A DNA stretch of 64,000 nucleotides, taken from assembly GCF_009914755.1 (NCBI RefSeq), contig NC_060932.1; one strand, written 5' to 3'. The notes below the pieces were generated by a model. The model had not been told where the DNA came from. It was given only the letters and a program-made list of their open reading frames with translations, and made no database searches. This document shows, piece by piece, positions 52,851 to 64,000 of this stretch. The stretch comes from the human T2T-CHM13v2.0 reference genome, Homo sapiens. Numbering within the stretch: the first letter of the stretch is position 1; every line of letters begins with the position of its first letter. Made by a program: the position numbers and the translations under genes.

Positions 52851-55739
52851 CTTTCTGAGCATATACTTTGGTAAATAACTTAGGCAGGTGCTGGAGACAG
52901 GCACACCCAGGGATGCAAAGATGATCAAGACAGGAAGACAGACATGTACACAAAGAGCCCACAGGGAGAATTAGGTAGCTGCAGTGCTGAGAGTGAAATG
53001 AGTCTGGAAGCAGCCAGCCTCCAGATTCCAAATCCCAATGCTAGATTAGTGATTCTTATTTTAAAGGTAAAGCACTGAGAATGGGGGATGGCACATAATT
53101 AGAAGGCTGAGTGGTTTCTTTCGTCTCTGGTGTGCCCCAGTTGGCTAGCAGGTATGTCACCATTTTAAAAGGATTGGGAAACTCTCCCTATTGCATATAC
53201 CTGCATAGACCTGGGCAAGTCCTTGGTAAACTAGATAGACCATCACCCAGACTCTCAGCCAACCAGTCAGTCAAGTGAGAGTTATTTGACTGCTCACTAT
53301 GTTTAGAATTTGATTGTGGGGATGTTTTCAGGCTTAACCTAAGGCAGAGTTGTAAAGTAATTAGTTGTTTATCCTTCATCGTCTGTTATTGATTTCTACT
53401 CTTTTTACTTCTCTTCTATAACAATCACTGTTGAAACAAACTTTGTACTAGTATTTTGATATCTATGGTATAAATTTGTCATTTTTCCTCAGGGATTATA
53501 CATTTGAAACTGTGGAATTGTAGATTCCATTTGGCAGACATGTCAAACATAACAGATCTGTGAAATCCTAATAGAAATCTATCTCACTACATACTAGAAA
53601 CTTCAGCAAATGGGCCTAAGTAGGTATATCAGATGTGGAAAGTAAAAAGGAATAAGAAATCAAAGTTTCACCCATATGCATCTTTAAAATAATATGAAAA
53701 GAAATTTGAAATAACTATTTCAGGGCCTTGCTAAACTATTATTACTCTTCAGATTGCAAAGGAGATTGGTTATTAAATTACTAGGAGAACATTTGCCATC
53801 GGGGTCTATATGTGAGGAGACCTCTGCATCCTTTCTCTACCATCTCTACTTCCTTTATGGAGTCATTTCTGTGTCTCTCCCTTGATTCATGAGAAAGGGC
53901 AAATTTCTTTTCTTACTCTGTATCATAACCTGCTGGCTCAGTTTTGTTTATAACTCACCTGACCCACTCCTCTCTGCTCCAGCAGTTTCCTTCCAGACAC
54001 CCCCGCCCCATCCCTGGTTACCTCTTTGTACTGGACTCTTAGTCCATCAGTATGACTAGCACGAATTCTCTTATATCCTAAATGGATATCTCTGCCTTCT
54101 GTTTCTTAACTATAACTGAAACTTGGAATAGTCCCCAAATACCACATCCTTATCCCACTGCCTTCTCTGGCAAGGGCCTCAAGTTCTTCTACTGCTCTGG
54201 GAATCTCTTAAAGGTAAACCAAGACTTTTGCTGCCTAGGAATATTTCCAGATCATGGAATGTTTAGGGCCTTTCATTTTTCATCATTGAACGAACTGTAG
54301 CACTTTCTTTAAATTATTTTTTGTCTTTCCCCCTACTCTTCTAACAACATAGACATTTTGCAGTGACTTAAGGTACTGGCTCATGCTTTTCCTTTTCAGT
54401 GCATTCTTCACTATTATCAGTCAGACGTGAGTATCTTTAAGTAAATTGTAATGCATTTTACCTGAAGTGGTTTTGTGATTTGGAACTATCTCTTCACTTC
54501 TGGACTTTGGTTTCTTGCCTATAAAATGATAGAATTTGATTTGATGGTTTCATTGAGCCCATAATTTTGATTCTAATTTGGTAGAAAGGAAAGACATAGC
54601 AAGAATTAATGACCTAATAATTAGAAATAATATGAGATGATTTCAGTACTTTCAGGCTTTAGAATCTAAACTTTAGATGTCCAGCTTGTGCTTATGGCAA
54701 ACAAATTGAGTTTCATGGAAAAGGTAGGCTTTGAGTTGAGTCTTAAATAAATTACAGCCTTGGAGCATAACAGAAAACATTCCTAGTAGGGAGACCAACT
54801 TGGTCAAAGGCAAGAAGAAAAAGGATGTGTGTTTTCTTCATTGAGCAGTGGGTTGACCAGCTTGGATGGGTTTGGGAAAGAAATAAGACAGTGATCTGGT
54901 GAAAAGATAGTGTTATTAGTCAGAATACTTGGCTCCAAATGATGGAATTTCAACTGACACTAAATGCCAATGGGAAATGCATTGGTTCACATAGCCAATC
55001 TGCTAGAAGATCAAGGGAAAAACGAGCCTCAAGTACAGCTAGAACGTGATACCAGCACACTGCATTTTCTTAGGCTGTACAAGGCTAAACCATGGCCACT
55101 GGCAGCTTCCAGGTTCATGGTACTCAGCTTGGCTTCCAGGAAGGAAAGGACCCTTTTCTCCTAATCTCAATTCGAGAAAACTTTCATGAAAAGAGAGGAG
55201 TTAGGTGACTCAGCTTGGGTTACGTGTCTATCCTTCTGAACACAGAGAACATGATTGACAGCCAAAGCCTCATGGCTAGAGTGGGGGCAATAAGCAATTC
55301 ACCAAAAGAAAGCTATGTGTTTACCAGAACACATCTGGAAGCAGACTGGGCCAGATTAAATGATAGTTCTTCACTATGGATATGTTGGAACCTTACTGTA
55401 GAATTTATTTAAAAGCACTGAGAAGCCATTCATTCCTACTAATCAAAAGAGAGGTGTTATCAAAACAGATACTTGTGACAGATTGAGGAATACGTAGTTG
55501 GGAAAGACTGAGATGCTTTAGCATGATTCCTTGCACACAATAGGAATACAAGCCTTTGGCAAACTGAAGCAGGAAAACTACTTAAGGAGATTGTTCAATG
55601 GCCTAGGCAGGATGGCTAAAAATCAGTATTTGTGTGGAAATAAAAGAGATGGTTTTAAAAAAAGATTGAACAGCTCGTGATGATTTATTTGATAGAGAAC
55701 TAGGAAAAGGAGAAGAAGCCAATGAAATAATAATTAGTT

Positions 55740-55965
55740 TTTATTAAACCTTTACACTGTGTTAGACTCTGTGTGTACTTAACATATACCATTGATTCCA
55801 GACAGAAATTATTTGAGGTAGGTAATATCATCCCCATATTACAGATGAGAATGTTGCACTCAACAAGTTCACACTTCCTATAAGCATTGGAGTTGGGGTT
55901 CAAACCTAGTCTAACTTACATCTGTTCTCCTCCAAAGCTTATGCTCATAACTGTTACAATATACT
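55740..55965 (-). mobile_element. MIR
   Basis: gaggtaggtaatatcatccccatattacagatgagaa...ggggttcaaacctag. Confidence 0.7.
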
Positions 55966-56126
55966 AGGCATGAACTTAGGTAGTCAGAAAGAGTGTGACA
56001 GAACTTGTCAGGAGATGATGTGAGTTCATTTTAGATTTGTCAAGTTTGAGGGAATAGTGGAACATGAAACAGGTCATGGCCTAACGGCATTATAGTCGAG
56101 GGCCTAGATAAGGGCATTTAGGTATT

Positions 56127-56529
56127 TGTTATGGTTTGAATGTTTGTGTTCCCCCAAAACTCATGTCAGAATGTAAGACCCAATATGATAGTATTAAGAG
56201 GTGGGGCCTTTGGGAGTTGATTAAGTCATGAGAGTAGAGCCCTCATAATGCAACTGGCGACATTATGAAAGGGCTGGAAATAACTAGGTAGCCCCTTTTG
56301 CCTTTCTATCTCTTCTGCCATGTGAGGACACAACATTTGTCCCTTCTGGAAGATTCAGCAACAAGGTGCCATCTTGGAAGAAGAGACCAGTCCCTCACTA
56401 GGTGCCAAACCTGCCAGTGCCTTGATCTTGGACTTCCCAGCCTCTAGAGCTGTGAAAAATACATTTCTGTTGTTTATAAATTAGGCAGTCTGAAGTATTT
56501 TGTTCTAGCAGCACAAACAGATTAAGACA
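56127..56529 (+). mobile_element. MST (MSTD-like) / MLT1A-type solo LTR
   Basis: tgttatggtttgaatgtttgtgttccccc...ttggacttcccagcctctag...gattaagaca; TSD gtatt/gtatc. Confidence 0.85.
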
Positions 56530-57179
56530 GTATCATTTACTTAGATGTAAAACTTGGAGGCCAGGAGGAAGAACACACATTTAAAGGCAAAATGCAATTG
56601 CTGTACTTCACTTCTGAAATGAAAATTCAAGCCCTTTGAGGTATCACAAAACACTGCATTTACATACAGTGTCCACTGAACTAAACTCCAAAAAGGCAAC
56701 TGGATGTCTGAAAGTTCTCATCTGCCTGGTGAAGGGACAAAGAAAACCAAAGCAAGCAAAAGGCAGAGCTTGGAGACAGTCTAAGGCAGCTGCCTCCTTT
56801 TCCCATCTCCATGAGTATAAATATTTTGCACCACAGAGGAAGGAAATTGTAGTGGAAGTAGAGAGGGGAAAGAATTCTCACAGGAACATACTACAATAGA
56901 ATGGCAAATTTCAGGAATAGCCAGACTGACCAGTATAGAGAAGAGTGAAGAAAAATGCTTTCAGAAGTAATTTAAAGGAGAAAACAAATTATCATTGGCT
57001 AACTAGAATCTCTGTTTTTCATATGTTTATGTTGAATATTATTTATGCAGGGAAGGAACTATGTTTAAAGTTTTATGGCTATTATAGAATTAAAGAGCTT
57101 CAAGGTAACATCTAGAAGTTGTTCCCAAACTTTGGAGGGAATCAGAACCACATGGGGAGCATGTTAAAAATGTGAGTAA

Positions 57180-58500
57180 CATATCTAATAATTCCTTCTA
57201 CATTTATCAGCAGACATACTTCTGTAATGAAGAGCTTTCTCCCATATACAGCTATTTTTGTTGCCGTCGTTTTTACATTTCACTTCAACATAGATTCTTC
57301 CTTAATGTGCCATATTCATTACTATCATTCTGTTTGTTGTTTTGATATCCAAAATTTGGCCACTATGAGCCTCTTCAAGCTGACTCCTATATTCTTTTGA
57401 CAGGTCCCCTTTGTCCTTAAGCATTTTTTGTTTGTTTGTTTTTTGCCTTCTGGCAGGATTAACTTATATTTTATCTGCCTAGTCCTGGTATCAGCCATTC
57501 CTTTAAAGATCCCTGATTCCTTTTAGTAAGAAAGGTCACATAGGAACCAAGATCTGGAGAACAAGTAAGAAAGGTCACATAGGAACCAGGTAAGCTTATT
57601 GCTACTAAGGAAGACAGAAGGCGTTCATACTTATATCACCAATTCAAACCTAACATCATAAGGTACTTCCTTACCTTTCCTTATTCACATTTGTATCTCC
57701 CAATAAGTGAGAAATTTGGTTTTCAAAAATACCAATAGATTAATTCAGTTTTCTGCGTTCTACAGTATAAAAGGAAATTGTTTCAGAATTATTGTTTCAA
57801 TAGCAATACCAACAACAAAACTACCGAACAAGTTCAAAATTTCTTTGCAGTTTGTTTTGTTCTTATATATCCCAGTAAAAGTGCACAAAGTACCACATAG
57901 ATGCTTGATCTAATCTACCATCTAAATACAGGCAAACAGGCAGATTCAGACTATGGGATATTCAAAAAAGCAAGTGGCTTGGGTTCTTCAAAAATGTCAA
58001 GTTATGGAAGACAAGAAGCAGGGTGGAATTGCTTCAAATGAAAGAAAACTAAAGCAACATGAATACCAAATAAAAGGCAAAATCTTGGATTAAATCATCA
58101 AAGAGGAACTACAAGGACTTTTGTGTGTGATGAAGAAATTTAAATATAGATTATATTTGAAAATATAATTGCATCAAAGTGAATTAAATTTCTTAAGTGT
58201 GATAATAGTATTGTGGTTGTGAAATGTCTTTGCTCTTAAAGTATATGTGCTGATGTGTTTAGGGGTGACATGATGTCAATAACTGACTTTCAAATGGAGA
58301 AAGAAAATAACTCTCTAGGAAATATGGTAAACTATAAACTAACTTTTAAATATAGAGACAGAAACAAAGAGGATGTAACAGCAAGAGAAAGAGATCCAAA
58401 TGTGGAAAAATTAGCAGTAAGAGAATCTAGTAATGAATAAATGGGTTTATGCTGTATGATTCAACTTTTTGTAGGTTAAATTTTTTTTTTCAAAATAGAG
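57180..58500. mobile_element. Ancient L1M fragments in both orientations, within a split MER5-like element (~57110-58620)
   Basis: Antisense L1M (tcagccattcctttaaagatccctgattcc) then sense L1M 3' (aaatttcttaagtgtgataatagtattgtggtt). MER5-like ends at ~57120 and ~58600. Confidence 0.5.
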
Positions 58501-58759
58501 TTGGGGATAATAATGCAGAAACCTGAGCCCCACCTCAAAACATTCTGATGATTGCGATCTTAGTGTCTGAAAATGTAAATTTTATCAACAGGATTCTGAT
58601 GCAGATAAGATAGCATTTTAAGAAAGATTAAGAAGATACATCATGGAAACTCAAGGCCAAAGACTCTTCAGGATCATATATCCTTGGCTAAAGAAACAAT
58701 TTCTTTTGCCAAGCCAACACTGAAATTTCCTCTACCAAGGAATCAGTGGTTCTAGATCA

Positions 58760-59110
<351 letters not shown>

Positions 59111-59269
59111 ATTGCTGGATAATTGTGAATGCTTAGTAGACTAGAAAAACAGAAAGGAACTGATTTAGTGCCCCATGATTGTTACTCAGGTATTTTCAGA
59201 TACTTTCTCTGTTGTAGTCTTTCCAAGAAACCAGTAAGATATAGAATGATAATTTATTTTTATGTATAA

Positions 59270-59510
59270 TAAAACTCAGGTTGAACAACTGTGAAGTCAA
59301 ACTACCTAGATATAAATTCCAGTTACTTAATTTACTGACTCTGTAATACTAGGAAAAGTAACTTTTCTAAGCTTCCATTTACTTGGCTTTAAAATAGTGT
59401 TTCCAAATTATTTTTATCTCATAGGATTATTTTAAAGATTAAATAAAATCGTGCATGTAAGGCACTTGACACAGGACTTACCTAGAGTAAGTGATCAATA
59501 AATATTAACT
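59270..59510 (+). mobile_element. MIR
   Basis: gaagtcaaactacctagat...ctcataggattattttaaagattaaa...gtaaggcacttgacacag. Confidence 0.7.
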
Positions 59511-59774
59511 AGTCTTACTATGTCTGAGATCACTGAGCTAATAAGTGGTAAACAGCCTAAAGTAAATAGCTTAAGACAAGTGGAAAGATTATTTTCTCTA
59601 TATTTAGTTAAAATAATAGTGTAATGAATATAAATTCACATTGAATTCTTCAGCTATTTCTTTTCTCCCTTTTCCCTTGCCTCCCTCTCTTTCCTAAAAC
59701 AAACTGAAATTTTTATCCTAAGGCATTACAGTTTCAATGTGTACAGGATGCTGAAGTTTCATAGTAAAGTGCAA

Positions 59775-59988
59775 AGACTGGCAAACTATTTTCCATGGAC
59801 TAGCTACTTGATTTCATAAAGTTTCATTGGAACACAACCACACACATTCGTTTACATGTTGTCTATGGCTACCATTCATGCTACAATGGCAGGCAGGGTT
59901 GAGTAATCCTGACAGAGACCATAAGGCCTGCAAAGCTTAAAATATTTGTAACTTGACCATTTACAAAAAAAGAATAACACCTGCTCCA
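59775..59988. mobile_element. MER58A (hAT-Charlie)
   Basis: taaagtttcattggaacacaaccacacacattcgtttacatgttgtctatggct...aaaatatttgtaacttgaccatttacaaaaaaag. Confidence 0.8.
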
Positions 59989-60078
59989 ATGTCTTAAAAT
60001 GCTTAGAAAAGGACTGGAGCAACTTTAAAAGCAGGTAAATCTGGAAGTTAGGGTAAGGGGCGCCAGTCTGGCAAATAC

Positions 60079-60327
60079 AGTCAGGTATCACTTAATGATG
60101 GGGATATGTATTAAGAAATACATTGTTAGGCAATTTCTTGTGCAAATAGCATAGAAGGTACTTAAACAAATCTAGATGCTGTAGCCTACCACACACCTAG
60201 GCTATGGACTAATTCCTAGACTACAAAATTGTATAGCATGTTAGACAATTATAACACAATTGTACGGGATCACTGTCACGTATGTGGTCCTTCCTTGACT
60301 GAAACGTCATTAGATGGCTCATAAATG
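60079..60327 (+). mobile_element. Tigger3/MER7-like TcMar element
   Basis: ta|cagtcaggtatcacttaatgatgggg...tagcctaccacacacctaggctat...ttgactgaaacgtcatt. Confidence 0.75.
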
Positions 60328-61217
60328 TAATAGACATTCCAGTCTATGCTATGGTGGCTATCATAATTATAAACAAAGGAAATAAAAAAGAGAATCTGAA
60401 CCAACATTTGAGAGGGCCTGCAATTAACCAGTTTGCCATATCTTCTCATGCAAGCCTCATATCAACTCTGTAAAGCAGAAGTCATCCCAGTTTCATAAAT
60501 GGAGACTTGGAACACAGAGAGATGAAGAAACCTGCTCAAGGTCACATTAAGTGTGAGTGGAAGGATTGGAATTCAGACTTAAGTTTGACAGAGTCCACAT
60601 CTTGTCCCCTTTCCACTGGGCTTCAGTCAATTGAAACTCAAATTTTACATTCCTGATTCTCTGAGTCAGGGCCTTTAAAATTATTTTTAAAGGGAAGCCC
60701 CCAAGAGGATTAACTTCTCTTCTGAAGAGTGAGTCTGTCAGCCTTACATGGCTATGCTTTAAATTCTGTCCTTTAGGCTTCCTGAAAGGTTAAAAAATTG
60801 TGGCTGTTCCTCTTAGTCACCAACCCCAATGCCCCCAAGTCCGATCAGTGTTACATTGCAGTAGAAATTTCAGTAAGATTGCAAAACCTTTTACTGCCTT
60901 TTACTTTCTTTCCAGAAAGTTAACCAACTGAAAAATTTGTTTGGGGATATTGGGGATCCCTTCCTTCCTACTCCTCTCTCTCCTTTCTTTTCTTCATTCT
61001 CTCTTTTTTTTTAAGGGAGTGTTTCGTTTTGTATTTTCTACAATAAAATCCACTTAGAGTGAACTTAGATTTTGTCACAAAACATCCTTTAAAACCAGTG
61101 AGTTCTGAAATTCTTTCAAGGCAAAAATTATTATGATTCTTTGGCAAATGTGGAAGCTTGTAACCGAAGGAGAATGACGGTAGGTACATATTATATTTAC
61201 ATACATCACATATGTGA

Positions 61218-61538
<321 letters not shown>

Positions 61539-62556
61539 AGAATGTTTATTCTTTGCCTTCAAAAGGAAACATGTCCTCTTTCAATTTTCTTGAAACAATC
61601 TTCCCTCTAGCCTTCTATTCAGTTTTCCAAATTTTGATAGAGTCATAACTATAGGAGAGATATGTCTCTATTACAAGAAAACAATGCAAGTACCATAACA
61701 AATGGCCCCATGTTTGGGGAATAATCAGAAATGGTGAGAGAGATGTGCAAAACTAGGGAGTACAAACTTCACATAAAGGGGCAGCACTGCTTAGCTCCAG
61801 CCAGCAATTGCTGCCATTCAGGAAAGCACAGGGTTCAGATCTTCCAATTTTCTATGATTGTCAAGAAATATACTTTTAATTGATTTTTAAAAATTGCTCA
61901 AATTGTAAAAAATATCATTTGGCCCCACAAATAAAATAAAAGGCAAGCAAACCAAAAAGACTCTTGCAGACTGGATTTGGTCTTCAGATCATGAATCTGT
62001 ACCTCCCAATTTAAGTAAGTGAATTGGAGGTCTGGATTTCTGTATGAGTCTCCAGGCTGTTTGCATAGGGCAAGTCTTGCCTCAACACTGTCATCCAGTC
62101 TCATGTTCTGATAGAGTGAAGGCCCTGAGTTCCAAGGACCACCCGCCCCTGCTCATACAATTAATGCAACCCTGCAACCCTGCAAAAGAGGCTTCTTGGC
62201 AGTGAGCCAATTGGCCTTCCTTCTGCTTCATAGCATGCTCCATTGACCTGCACCAGTGCTCCAACGCTCGGCAGAAATAAGGATGGCAGACACTTTGTTT
62301 TCTGCTGTATGATTCCACGTGAGACTAACTGCTTTTATATTAGGTTCTTTCAAAAAGGCAAGAAACAACTATCAGATAGTAATTTTCCACCTTTTTCTGA
62401 ACTCCCAGTTGTCAAGTGACGAAGACTTCCACAGACTAGCAGTAGAATCAAATGTAAAAAAAACAAAACAACATTATGGAAAAAGCTTTAAAAATGGCAC
62501 TTGGATAGAGACGAAGTTTGGGTTTACTTTAATCTATAGGGATGCTGGAATTCTCC

Positions 62557-62919
62557 TGATTTGGTTTGGCCATGTCCCCACCCAACTCTCATCTTGAACT
62601 GTAGCTCCCACAATTCCCATGTGTCATGGGAGAGACCTGGTGGGAGGTAATTGAATCATGGGGGCGAGTCTTTCCTGTGCTGTTCTTGTGATAGTGAATA
62701 AGTCTCAAGAGATCTGATGGTTTTACAATGGGGAGTTTCCCTGCACAAACTCTCTTCTGCCACCATGAAAGTCAGGCTTTTGTTCTTCCCTCACCTTCTG
62801 CCATGATTGTGAGGCCTCCCCAGACACGTGGAACTGTGAGTTCATTAAACCTCTTTTTCTTTGTAAATTACCCAGTATCAGGCATGTCCTTTTCAGCAGC
62901 ATGAAAAGGGACTAATACA
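62557..62919 (+). mobile_element. THE1 (B/C-like) solo LTR
   Basis: tgatttggtttggccatgtccccacccaactctcatcttgaactgtagctccc...cattaaacctctttttc...gactaataca. Confidence 0.9.
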
Positions 62920-63799
62920 TCTATGCACTTTTAATTTTCTGTAAACATAGTCAACCCAGAGAAAAACATTTCTGGTTAAGCACCTGGCTTTGCTCCCAGA
63001 AGTGTTCCTAGTATTCTAGAAATTAACTTTAGCCACAGCAGGCTTAAGACAGGTGCAGGGGTTGAGTTTGGGAAGCAAGAAGACCTGGCTCATAGTAGCC
63101 TTGGGAAGTGCAGCTTGACCTCTGGTCATCCTGGAGAGGATGAAATTATGTCTGCATTTCAAGGCTTCAAATCCTAACAATGCTGGGAAACTGGGAAGTT
63201 TCCAGGAGAAACAGCCTGCCTCTTTCTTCCTTTCCTAGGTAATTACAAGAAGTGTAAGTTATCCAGCCATTCTCTGGTCTTTTGTTTTTATATTAATTTC
63301 TGTTTGAAAATGTTTTCACTTCAAATAGTAATATGATGATGGCCATTGATCTTTAACAATTCTTGGAAATGCAGGCAGGTCAGGTGGTTTTCTAACGAGG
63401 ACATAAAAGCTTAGCAGAAGGTGTTGGACTTTACCAAGGGTACTATAACTCAGTTTTTCTGAGTCGAACTTCGGTGTTTTTTTTTTTTTTTTTTTTTCAG
63501 TGTCTGGAGAATCACCATTTTACACAATACTGCACCAATTCTGTTGAGGCCATCAACTTTTAAACTTGATTCATAGGTCTGTCATGACTTTGACCTCAAT
63601 ATTATATAAACGTTCCAGTAATTTCAGAAACAATTATTGACTAGTCCATAAACAGCCTGTACTAGACACTTTTCTGGGATTAAAAAATAGGTCTCAGTTT
63701 CCGTTGTTAAGAAATGGGCAATTTGCAGTTTAAAAGAAAATATTTAGGTGAAACTCCCAGGAAACAGAGGTAAAACTGAGAAAGTAGGTCTCATAGCAT

Positions 63800-63990
63800 G
63801 TGTCAAATGGAGAACTAAGTACTTTATATATGCCATCTGATGTAATCCTTGCAACAACCCTCCCAGGCCACTGTGATTATTCACCTGACAGTGGAAGAAA
63901 CTATTGAGTAACTTGCCCTAATGATAGAGCTGAGATTCAACCCCACTTCAACCAGAGGTCAAAGTTCTGGAGAGTGTCACTGTGCTATTC
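63800..63990 (-). mobile_element. MIR
   Basis: taatccttgcaacaaccc...gagctgagattcaacccc. Confidence 0.6.
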
Positions 63991-64000
63991 TGACTCACCA

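Noticed and set aside
57525-57588. Repeat-spacer-repeat pattern as a CRISPR-like array
   Set aside because: Only two copies, a 14-nt spacer, eukaryotic context and no cas genes. It is a local duplication.

Overview
Primate (human-like) genomic DNA, rich in Alu, L1, L2, MIR, MaLR LTRs and DNA transposons. The only protein-coding sequence I can support is the first coding exon of beta-1-syntrophin (SNTB1) on the minus strand: ATG at 48011, donor after 47441, 571 nt, encoding the N-terminal half of the split PH domain and almost all of the PDZ domain. It sits in a CpG island (~47280-48650). Positions 1-47440 are part of the large intron that follows this exon. Beyond ~49500 the sequence is upstream and intergenic. 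Most ORF-track entries are repeat-derived or chance frames. Points worth a second look: two uATGs within 25 nt of the SNTB1 start; a strong 3' splice site at 48238 with candidate upstream first exons; a possible divergent transcript; a pure (GGAA)18 microsatellite; a 5'-inverted (twin-primed) young L1 with TSDs; candidate antisense exons around these; a near full-length L1PB with two palindromic templated-insertion scars; and an MSTA LTR nested in an MLT1 LTR. I found no evidence of a genuinely new biological system. Repeat subfamily names come from recalled consensus sequences and need RepeatMasker/Dfam confirmation.
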